DNA from: Chitinophaga pinensis
GTDB lineage: Bacteria > Bacteroidota > Bacteroidia > Chitinophagales > CAIOSU01
Length of the DNA stretch: 64,000 nucleotides
NCBI GenBank assembly: GCA_945901065.1
Contig: CAMDKI010000004.1
Span: forward strand, 103,247-167,246
Reading direction: 5' to 3'
Under the pieces are notes generated by a model that worked only from the letters and a program-made list of their open reading frames with translations, did no database searches and had not been told where the DNA came from. Below, one piece after another: positions 56,633 through 64,000 of the stretch; position 1 is the stretch's first letter, and each line of letters starts with the position of its first letter. The position numbers were made by a program, and so were the translations under genes.

Positions 56633-57812
56633 TAACCGAAATGCTTTTTGGGTAATAACCATTATCACTGCTGTTTTTATCAGTGCCTGCGGCAGTGTTA
56701 AGCCGTATTTTGATGATGAGTACAAAGGTTGGCAAAGCATGGCGCAGCCAGCAGAGAAGCCGGCTTATACGTTTTTCCTTATTGGCGATGCAGGCAAGCC
56801 TAACCTTGAAATACAAGAACCTAGCCTTAAACTATTAAATACCCAACTGAAACAGGCCGATGAAAATAGCATGGTTATCTTTTTGGGAGATAACATTTAC
56901 GAAGAAGGCATGCCGGCGCTCAACCATGAAAACAGGGCTGTATCGGAAGCAAGAATTTACGAGTCGGTGAAGGCAGTAGAAGGCTTTGCAGGTTCGGTGC
57001 TGTTTATACCCGGCAACCACGATTGGTATGCCGCCAACGATAGCCTTACAGATGGGCCCCAGTACGAACGCGAATATTTGTATGAAAAATTGGGCAGCGA
57101 AAATGTTTTCTTACCTAAAGATGGCAAACCCGGGCCTGCCGTTTTGCAGGTTGACGATGAGGTAGTATTAGTTGTGCTCGACTCGTACCGCTGGGTGCGC
57201 GACCTGCCCGACCCAAAAGCCAAGAAAAAGAACCCCGATATGGCAGAGCCTACCTTTCAGCAAGAGCTAAAGGAGGTGCTAAAGGCACACGAGGGCAAAC
57301 GCATAGTAATGGTTATGCACCATCCACTGTATACCAATGGCAGCCACGGGGGCTATTCGTCTTTTACCGACCATATGTTTCCGTTGCGGTTGATCAATAA
57401 AAAGATATGGTTTCCATTGCCTGTTTTAGGCTCTATTTTGCCTTTCGCCCGCAAGTTCGGCGGCGTTATAGAAGATACCCCCCATAAGCGCTACAAGCAA
57501 TACCGCAATGTGGTACTCGATGCCAGCAAGGATAGTAAGGACCTCGTTTTTGCAGCTGGCCACGAACATAGTCTTCAGCTTTTCCAGAAACATAGCAAGC
57601 ACTTTGTAGTAAGCGGGGCAGGTAGCAAAAGCTCGTGGGTGCACAAAGGCAAAGGCGCGGCGTTTAGTCACATCAGCAAAGGCTTCTCCAAGCTCGATAT
57701 TTATGAAAATGGCGAAATGTGGATTACCTACATTGAGCCTGTAGCCGACGGAAGCGAGGGTACGGTAGTGTTCAGGTGGAAACTGGCTGGCCCCGCTGCC
57801 ACTAACCCGTAA
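56604..57812 (+). CDS. metallophosphoesterase (calcineurin-like), probable lipoprotein
   Basis: Lipoprotein-type signal (ITAVFISACGS), FFLIGDAGKP, FLGDNIYEEG, IPGNHDW and AGHEHS motifs. The start may be ATG 56604 or ATG 56622; either overlaps the upstream gene's 3' end. Confidence 0.75.
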   Translation: MKKNRLMNINNRNAFWVITIITAVFISACGSVKPYFDDEYKGWQSMAQPAEKPAYTFFLIGDAGKPNLEIQEPSLKLLNTQLKQADENSMVIFLGDNIYEEGMPALNHENRAVSEARIYESVKAVEGFAGSVLFIPGNHDWYAANDSLTDGPQYEREYLYEKLGSENVFLPKDGKPGPAVLQVDDEVVLVVLDSYRWVRDLPDPKAKKKNPDMAEPTFQQELKEVLKAHEGKRIVMVMHHPLYTNGSHGGYSSFTDHMFPLRLINKKIWFPLPVLGSILPFARKFGGVIEDTPHKRYKQYRNVVLDASKDSKDLVFAAGHEHSLQLFQKHSKHFVVSGAGSKSSWVHKGKGAAFSHISKGFSKLDIYENGEMWITYIEPVADGSEGTVVFRWKLAGPAATNP

Positions 57813-57816
57813 TTGC

Positions 57817-58893
57817 ATGGCAACGCCAAAGCGCCGCATAGCGTTCGCAATGCTATTACTGCTCTTGGTAGCGGTATTGGCCGAGGTTGCCATGCGCATC
57901 GTGTTTGCCGTGCAAGGATATACGGTTGGTAGTTTGGCTCCCAATTGGTTTCCGCAGGTATCCGAAAAACAGCCACCAACATTGGTAAACAGTTATTATA
58001 CCGATGGTACGGCTTTGTTCAGGGCCGATAGAACGTTTTGGCACAAAGAAGGCATTGCCGTCAACACACTTGGTTTTTTGGGTCCTGAATGGGTTCAAGA
58101 AGCCAATACCAAAACCAAACTGTTTCTTATTGGCGATTCGTTTGTTTGGGGCGCGGGTGCCGAGCCGTTATCCAACAGTTTCGCTTCGCAGCTGCCTTTG
58201 AAGGGCCCATACCAGATATTCAACTCTGGCATACCAGGTGCCGACCCAGCCCAGTATGAGCTGGTTGCCAAGCGCTTTGTACCTTTGTTGCAACCCAACT
58301 TTGTTATCGTGTTTGTGTATTTGGGCAACGATGTAATGACTGAAGAAAGAACACCTTTACCTAACAAATCATTGTTTTATCCTACCAATTTAGGTTGGTT
58401 TCCGGGTTATTATCAAGGTAGGTATTTTAACAATCTAGAGGAGTCATACCAGTATTATTTAAGCCAGTATTCATCAAATACTTTGGCAGCCAAAATAGCT
58501 TGCAAAACAGCGGTGGGCACAGCCATATGCGCACTGCCAAAGCGAATAGAGGAAAAGAGTTCTAGGTCAACTCAGTTAAAGTCATCGATTACTAATAAGC
58601 ATCTAAAGGAAATTGTTGCCTTGGGCGGCTCAATCAAAAGCCAATTTATCATAGTTCCGATACCTTACAGTGGGACCGATTTTGAAGATGCCTATTTCGA
58701 AAACGCCCCAAGGTATTTGCTTAGCAAGTATGAACACGTATTTTCGGGATTAACCGATTACATATCAATAGCCCCCCTAAAACCAGAGCATTTTCATGCA
58801 TTGCCCAATGGGCACCTCAACAACCAAGGGCACCAAGTAATGACTGATTTTTTAACTGAAATAGTTGCCGGTAAAAACGCATTACAACCATAA
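57817..58893 (+). CDS. SGNH/GDSL-type hydrolase family protein, membrane-anchored
   Basis: N-terminal TM (IAFAMLLLLLVAVLAEVAM), block I LFLIGDSFVWGAG (GDS), block III YLGNDV and a C-terminal H (…LPNGHLNNQGH…). Assignment is from motifs only. Confidence 0.6.
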   Translation: MATPKRRIAFAMLLLLLVAVLAEVAMRIVFAVQGYTVGSLAPNWFPQVSEKQPPTLVNSYYTDGTALFRADRTFWHKEGIAVNTLGFLGPEWVQEANTKTKLFLIGDSFVWGAGAEPLSNSFASQLPLKGPYQIFNSGIPGADPAQYELVAKRFVPLLQPNFVIVFVYLGNDVMTEERTPLPNKSLFYPTNLGWFPGYYQGRYFNNLEESYQYYLSQYSSNTLAAKIACKTAVGTAICALPKRIEEKSSRSTQLKSSITNKHLKEIVALGGSIKSQFIIVPIPYSGTDFEDAYFENAPRYLLSKYEHVFSGLTDYISIAPLKPEHFHALPNGHLNNQGHQVMTDFLTEIVAGKNALQP

Positions 58894-58936
58894 CTATTTC
58901 AAACAATTATACAATATTGTTTATTTTGTAGTCGCA

Positions 58937-61900
58937 ATGATGATTCGGTCCGTTTTTCGCGATATTGAGGAGGAGGAGGATATAAACATCTACCGCCTGC
59001 TGCTGCTTTTAGGTGGTATTGGCAAAGCACTGTTTGGCCTTGTTTTTGAATTCGATGGGCAACTTGATGTTGTATTTTTATTCGGGCGTTATGCCATTTC
59101 ACTACTCTGCTTTATCAGTTTTGGCCTCACTTTTGCACCATGGCTAAGCTCCTATTTAAAAAAGACCATTTCCGAGGTGGTTCTTTACTTATTCATGCTA
59201 CACGGTGTTTGTATCTCCTATTTTAGCCACTTTCCTTTTCACCACTATATAACTTTAATGGTTATTGTGGTGGCTATTTCCATGGTGTTTCGCAGTCGGT
59301 TTAAGCTTTTTGTTTTTCTGCTAACATTTGGTTTGGCCTACAGTATTGGCAACTATATAGAGTCTCAACCCAACGATGTAATGTTGAGCAACATTATAAA
59401 CAATATTTTTATTTGTATTGTGCTGTTTGCCATAAACTATTTTCGCATTAGGGCTCAGCGGGGCATGGCATCGGGAGCTCTTTTTTTGCATACAATGCTC
59501 GATCAAACAAACGATACCATTTTTCTTGCCGAGATAAACGGAACCATTTTGGATGGGAATAGGAACATGGTTGATATGTTTGATATTCCAGCAGGGGAAA
59601 GTATAACGGGTAAAACGGTGAACGAGTTTCTGGTTTTTCCGGCAAACAAAGATAAACGCCGGCAAATTGTAGAGCATGTAAAGCTCGGTAAAAATTGGCA
59701 CGAGGAAATGCAATGCCTTACTTTGCGTGGCAAGCAGTTTTGGGGCGAGATATTCATCAGTGAGGTATTTAACAACAGAAAACCCTTTTTGCTGATTAGA
59801 GTAAAAGACATTAGCATACAAAAGGAAACGGAACTGCAATTGCACAAAAGCAAGGAGCGTTATCGATTGGCATTAGAAGGCGCAAATGATGGTATTTGGG
59901 ATTGGGACCTAAAAACGGGTGAGCTATATTACTCGGCTAGGTACAAGAGCATGCTTGGCCTCGAAGAGCATGAGTTTGAACATACCATTGCCGCTTGGGA
60001 AGAGCGGTTACACAAAGCTGATTATACAGCTGCAAAAAAGTCCATCTCTGATTATTTGGATGGCATTACGAAACAGTATATAGCCGAGTTTAGGATAAAG
60101 CATAAAGACGGCCATTACATTTGGATGCTAGAGCGCGGCAAAGCTATATTTGACGAAGAGGGCAACGCTGTGAGGATGTTGGGCTCAAGCACCGATATAA
60201 CTGAGCGCAAAAAAACGGATGAGTTGCTGAAGCAGGTAATGGATAGCTCGCCAAACGCCATTATTGCTTACAAAGCGGTGTATAACAATAAGCAGGAAAT
60301 TGTTGATTTAGAATGCATACATGCCAATAAGGTAGCTGAGAACATTATTGAGCAAAATAGGATATTGATAGGAGATAGATTGGTAGAAAAGATTCCGAGC
60401 GTATTAAAGGGCGGTTTTTTTGAAAAAATGGTGAACGTAGTGCACACAGGCGCCTCACTGACAGAAGAGGTAAACTTTGTGCTACATGGGCGCACCCATT
60501 TTCTGCGCATTGTTTGTGTTCGGTTTGGGGTAGATGGTTGTGCGGTAACCTATGACGATATAACGCAGCAACGTGAGGCCGACTTAGAATTGTTGAAGCT
60601 ATCATTGGTGGCCAGCAAAACCGATAACGGTGTAATTATTACTGACTCACAGTCGCGTATTGAGTGGGTAAATGAGGGCTTTACGCGCACTACTGGCTAC
60701 ACTTTGCCAGAGGTAGTAGGCATGAAACCTGGCAGGCTATTGCAAGGCCCAGGTACTGATTTACTAACTTTAAAGCGCATTAGCGATAAGTTAAAAATAA
60801 AGGAATCGTTTACCGAAGAGTTATTGAACTATCATAAAGATGGACACTCGTATTGGTTGCAATTGAACGTGACCCCTATATTGAACGAAGCCGGCGAAAT
60901 AGAAAAGTATATAGCAATTGAAAGTGATATAACTTCACGTAAAAAAGCCGAAACCGAAATAAAACTAGCCAAAGAGGAAGCCGAAGCAGGGGCCAGGGCA
61001 AAGTCAGAGTTTTTGGCCACCATGAGCCATGAAATACGAACCCCCATGAACGCCGTAGTGGGCATGACAGGTTTGTTGTTAGAGTCGGAGCTGGATGATG
61101 CACAGCGCGACTATGTGGAAACCATAAGAACCAGTGGCGATAACTTACTTGACATTATAAACGATATACTCGACTACTCAAAGATTGACTCGGGCTACAT
61201 GGAGTTGGAGCGCCATCCGTTTAATCTAGTTGATAACATTGAAGATGTGTTTGAGTTATTGAGCCATCGGGCGTTTGAAAAAGGTTTGGAATTGGTGTAT
61301 TATTTGGAGCCAGAGGTGCCGGTAGATATTTTAGGAGACTCAACCAGATTGCGCCAAATACTAGTAAACCTGATAAACAACGCCATAAAGTTTACCGAAA
61401 AGGGCGAAATACTGGTTTCGGTGCGTAACCTTACCCAAGTAAATAACAAACAAACGCTAGAGTTTACTGTTCGCGATTCGGGTATAGGTATACCTCCTGA
61501 AAAGTTATCTAAACTGTTTCGCTCTTTCTCGCAAGTTGATTCGTCAACCACCCGTAAATATGGCGGCACCGGCCTTGGGCTAGCCATAAGCAAAAAGCTG
61601 GTAGAGCTTATGGGCGGCACTATAAGGGTAGAGAGTAAAGTTGGACTTGGTTCAAGTTTTATATTCACAACGGATGTTGAAGCGAATAAGGATGAGGAGG
61701 TGCTTCGTAAAATTGAGCTCGCCAAAGACTTGGTAGGTAAGTTTGTGGTACTAATTGACGGTAACCGAACTAATTTAAAAATACAACAACTCCAATTTAG
61801 AAAATGGGGCGTTGAGACCGCAGCATACGAGAACCCTGCCGACGCGCTTCAATTCATATTCAACTCTATTCGACGACCAAATATGGTAATTGTGGACATG

Positions 61901-62548
61901 AATATGCTCGAACTGGAAGATAGCAACTTTTCAAACCTTTTGAAGGAGCGATATAGCAAAACCGAAATGCCAGTGGTTATTTTTACTGCATTTGGCACAA
62001 TGCCGAGCGCCCAGCAGCGCCAGTTGTATTCGGCTTTTATAACCAAACCAGCTAGGCAGTCGCAATTGTATTATACCGTAAGCAGGTTGCTCAGCTACCA
62101 AACGCGGCATAAGGATGGGAATAACGACACTGAAGTGCTGCAGGCGTCGTTTAAAAAAGATATAAGCATCCTGGTGGCCGAAGACAACCTGATAAACCAA
62201 AAAGTGGTCAGGGGTATTTTAACGAACATTGGTTTTCAGCTTGAGATAGCCAATAACGGCAAAGAGGTGCTTGAAATTATTGCCGAGCGAACTTTTGATC
62301 TAATATTTATGGATATGCAAATGCCCGAAATGGATGGGGTAGTGGCAACCAAAGAGTTAAGGAGGATGAAATTGCAAACACAGCCAATAATAGTGGCTAT
62401 GACCGCAAATGCCATGAGCGAATCTAGGGAAATTTGCCTAGCAGCCGGTATGGATGATTATATTGCAAAGCCTGTAAAAATAAACGACATTAGGGCTATT
62501 ATAGGCAAGTGGTTTCCGGTAGAAATGGAGAAAGCTGAGGTGGGTTGA
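58937..62548 (+). CDS. hybrid sensor histidine kinase/response regulator with multi-TM N-terminus, ~4 PAS domains, HisKA, HATPase_c and two receiver domains
   Basis: Track ORF from TTG 58865 trimmed to the ATG at 58937. About 6 TM helices are followed by PAS-like units (DGIWDWDLKTGELYYS; NGVIITDSQSRIEWVNEGFTRTTGY). H-box FLATMSHEIRTPMNAV, N/G boxes INNAIKFT and DSGIGI…GGTGLGLAI, and receivers with …VIVDMNM… and ILVAEDNLINQ…DLIFMDMQMPEMDG. Confidence 0.9.
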   Translation: MMIRSVFRDIEEEEDINIYRLLLLLGGIGKALFGLVFEFDGQLDVVFLFGRYAISLLCFISFGLTFAPWLSSYLKKTISEVVLYLFMLHGVCISYFSHFPFHHYITLMVIVVAISMVFRSRFKLFVFLLTFGLAYSIGNYIESQPNDVMLSNIINNIFICIVLFAINYFRIRAQRGMASGALFLHTMLDQTNDTIFLAEINGTILDGNRNMVDMFDIPAGESITGKTVNEFLVFPANKDKRRQIVEHVKLGKNWHEEMQCLTLRGKQFWGEIFISEVFNNRKPFLLIRVKDISIQKETELQLHKSKERYRLALEGANDGIWDWDLKTGELYYSARYKSMLGLEEHEFEHTIAAWEERLHKADYTAAKKSISDYLDGITKQYIAEFRIKHKDGHYIWMLERGKAIFDEEGNAVRMLGSSTDITERKKTDELLKQVMDSSPNAIIAYKAVYNNKQEIVDLECIHANKVAENIIEQNRILIGDRLVEKIPSVLKGGFFEKMVNVVHTGASLTEEVNFVLHGRTHFLRIVCVRFGVDGCAVTYDDITQQREADLELLKLSLVASKTDNGVIITDSQSRIEWVNEGFTRTTGYTLPEVVGMKPGRLLQGPGTDLLTLKRISDKLKIKESFTEELLNYHKDGHSYWLQLNVTPILNEAGEIEKYIAIESDITSRKKAETEIKLAKEEAEAGARAKSEFLATMSHEIRTPMNAVVGMTGLLLESELDDAQRDYVETIRTSGDNLLDIINDILDYSKIDSGYMELERHPFNLVDNIEDVFELLSHRAFEKGLELVYYLEPEVPVDILGDSTRLRQILVNLINNAIKFTEKGEILVSVRNLTQVNNKQTLEFTVRDSGIGIPPEKLSKLFRSFSQVDSSTTRKYGGTGLGLAISKKLVELMGGTIRVESKVGLGSSFIFTTDVEANKDEEVLRKIELAKDLVGKFVVLIDGNRTNLKIQQLQFRKWGVETAAYENPADALQFIFNSIRRPNMVIVDMNMLELEDSNFSNLLKERYSKTEMPVVIFTAFGTMPSAQQRQLYSAFITKPARQSQLYYTVSRLLSYQTRHKDGNNDTEVLQASFKKDISILVAEDNLINQKVVRGILTNIGFQLEIANNGKEVLEIIAERTFDLIFMDMQMPEMDGVVATKELRRMKLQTQPIIVAMTANAMSESREICLAAGMDDYIAKPVKINDIRAIIGKWFPVEMEKAEVG

Positions 62549-62661
62549 GATAATAAGATAAAAAGAGTTTGCATTAGTAGCCGTTTGTGCATTCAACTGA
62601 TATTTTAAGAGGTGATAATTTACTAATTTCGCATTGAGTTTAAATAAGAGTGTAGCGCGGC

Positions 62662-64000
62662 ATGTTGTTCAATCAAACCTTTAGGAATCTAGGCCGTACC
62701 AGGGAAATTATCCAGGTACTAATAAAGTATGGGTTTGAGGACGTTATTACCAACTCAACGCTCCGCAATTTTGTGCCCGAAAGTGGTCGAGTAACTTGGG
62801 TAAGGCAAGAAAGGCCCGTATTTGAGTACACCCGCTGGGAGCGCATACGCATGGTGGTGGAGGAATTAGGCCCTACCTTTGTGAAACTTGCCCAAATACT
62901 AAGTAACCGCCCTGACTTGTTGCCAGAACCCCTCATAAAGGAGTTTGAAAAATTACAAGACAAGGTTCCACCGTTTTCATACGCCAAAGCAAAACAAATA
63001 GTTGAGAGCGAAACCGGCAAACGCCTGGATGAAATGTTCGACTATTTTAGCGAAAAACCGCTGGCATCTGCGTCTATAGGGCAGGTGCATAGGGCCAAGC
63101 TAAAAGATGGTACCGAAGTAGTAGTAAAAGTACAGCGCCCCGATGTTAAGGAAACGGTTGAGCGAGATTTAGCTATTTTGAAAGAAGCTGTTTCGCGTGC
63201 AGATAGGTACTTGAAACGTCAAGGATTATTGAATGCCGAAGATGTGGTGCGCGCCTTTGACCGTTCCATGACCAAGGAACTGGATTATCGCAATGAAGCG
63301 CGCAATATTGAGCGTTTCCGTAACATGTACAAGGATTACGACACCTTTTACATTCCTAAAGTATACAGAGAGTTTTCAACTGAGCGTATTCTTATTATTG
63401 AGTATGTTTCGGGTTGCAAAATATCCGATGTAGCACAACTCAAGGCTTGGGGGTTGAACCCTAAGAAGGTAGTGGAAAACGGTATGCACATATACCTGAC
63501 CATGATATTTGAGTTTGGCCATTTCCATGCCGACCCACACCCGGGCAACGTATTGGTAGACCGAAAAGGGATTATCAATTTGCTCGACTTTGGTATGGTG
63601 GGTAGGCTCGAAACGCAAGAGAAGTATGCTTTTGCTGGTATTTTCATCTGCATGGCTAGGCAAGATGCCAAGGGCATGGCTGCCAACATGCGCAAGTTGG
63701 CTATAGAAGATAATATAAGCGATATGCGGGCCTTCACCAACGATCTTTCGGAGCTAATCGAAGATTACTCAACATTGGATGTTAGTGAAAGCAGTATGGC
63801 CGATATGACCGCTGCACTGCAAAAAATAATGTTCGATTATGAGATGAAAGTGCCAGGTAGCATTTTTCTCATTTTCAGGGCATTGGCCATATTAGAAGGG
63901 ATTGGCAAAACCATGCACCCCGACTTCAAGACGTATGAGTTTATGAAGCCTTACGGTGCCCGGTTGGTAAAAGAGCGCCTAAAACCGGAGAATATATTAG
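62662..64000 (+). CDS. ABC1/UbiB kinase family protein, 3'-truncated by the window end
   Basis: My translation from the ATG at 62662 gives MLFNQTFRNLGRTREIIQVLIKYGFEDV…ELGPTFVKLAQILSNRPDLLPEPLIKEFEKLQDKVPPF…ASASIGQVHRAKLKDGTEVVVKVQRP…FHADPHPGN. It stays open to position 64000. It is not in the ORF track because it lacks a stop in the window. Confidence 0.85.
   Translation, partial: MLFNQTFRNLGRTREIIQVLIKYGFEDVITNSTLRNFVPESGRVTWVRQERPVFEYTRWERIRMVVEELGPTFVKLAQILSNRPDLLPEPLIKEFEKLQDKVPPFSYAKAKQIVESETGKRLDEMFDYFSEKPLASASIGQVHRAKLKDGTEVVVKVQRPDVKETVERDLAILKEAVSRADRYLKRQGLLNAEDVVRAFDRSMTKELDYRNEARNIERFRNMYKDYDTFYIPKVYREFSTERILIIEYVSGCKISDVAQLKAWGLNPKKVVENGMHIYLTMIFEFGHFHADPHPGNVLVDRKGIINLLDFGMVGRLETQEKYAFAGIFICMARQDAKGMAANMRKLAIEDNISDMRAFTNDLSELIEDYSTLDVSESSMADMTAALQKIMFDYEMKVPGSIFLIFRALAILEGIGKTMHPDFKTYEFMKPYGARLVKERLKPENIL

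Overview
This looks like a chromosomal segment of a Bacteroidota-type genome. That is inferred from T9SS type A and type B C-terminal sorting domains, SprB-type repeats, TAnnTTTG-like -7 promoter boxes and the protein families present. I support about 47 protein-coding genes, mostly housekeeping or metabolic: a CoA-binding protein, sppA, folK, a deoxynucleoside kinase, valS, an orphan ABC ATPase and a long acyl-CoA dehydrogenase. Next come two PhoD-like phosphatase paralogs bracketing a lactonase/GH105 pair, then cdd, saccharopine dehydrogenase, a DUF4139-type protein, a flavin amine oxidase, a Crp/Fnr regulator, holA, an APC permease, rnhA, a LOG-family protein, an aminotransferase, an M23 peptidase, groES-groEL, a fasciclin protein and a secreted M43 metalloprotease. 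The right part holds fabI, an SDR, prmC, an acyl-CoA ligase, a metallophosphoesterase, an SGNH hydrolase, a ~1,200-aa hybrid sensor kinase and a UbiB/ABC1 kinase gene truncated by the right edge. Two ~1,935-aa surface proteins take up much of the coding space (8424..14240 with a T9SS type B tail; 47866..53670 with a type A tail). I saw no rRNA, tRNA, CRISPR array, transposase or integrase. The most unusual content is non-coding. (1) Most intergenic gaps carry phase-locked, degenerate heptanucleotide (sometimes octanucleotide) tandem arrays. They use different words at different loci, often occur as inverted pairs, and often start at or within a few nt of a stop codon, which recalls cyanobacterial STRR repeats. 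(2) Several families of short hairpin elements recur: GGATT-N3-AATCC double hairpins, a CCTCGCC-CAA-GGCGAGG unit tandemly triplicated upstream of groES, and a CTCGTTT-N-AAACGAG hairpin with a compensatory stem change between copies. (3) A 151-bp MITE-like element has perfect 15-bp terminal inverted repeats. Separately, an AbiEii-type nucleotidyltransferase cassette sits between two 99-bp direct repeats that duplicate the 3' end of the GH105 gene. That is the signature of an insertion that replaced the gene's 3' end, yet no integrase is present. All functional calls come from motif recognition by eye, with no database search. Hand-derived coordinates of non-coding elements may be off by 1-2 nt.
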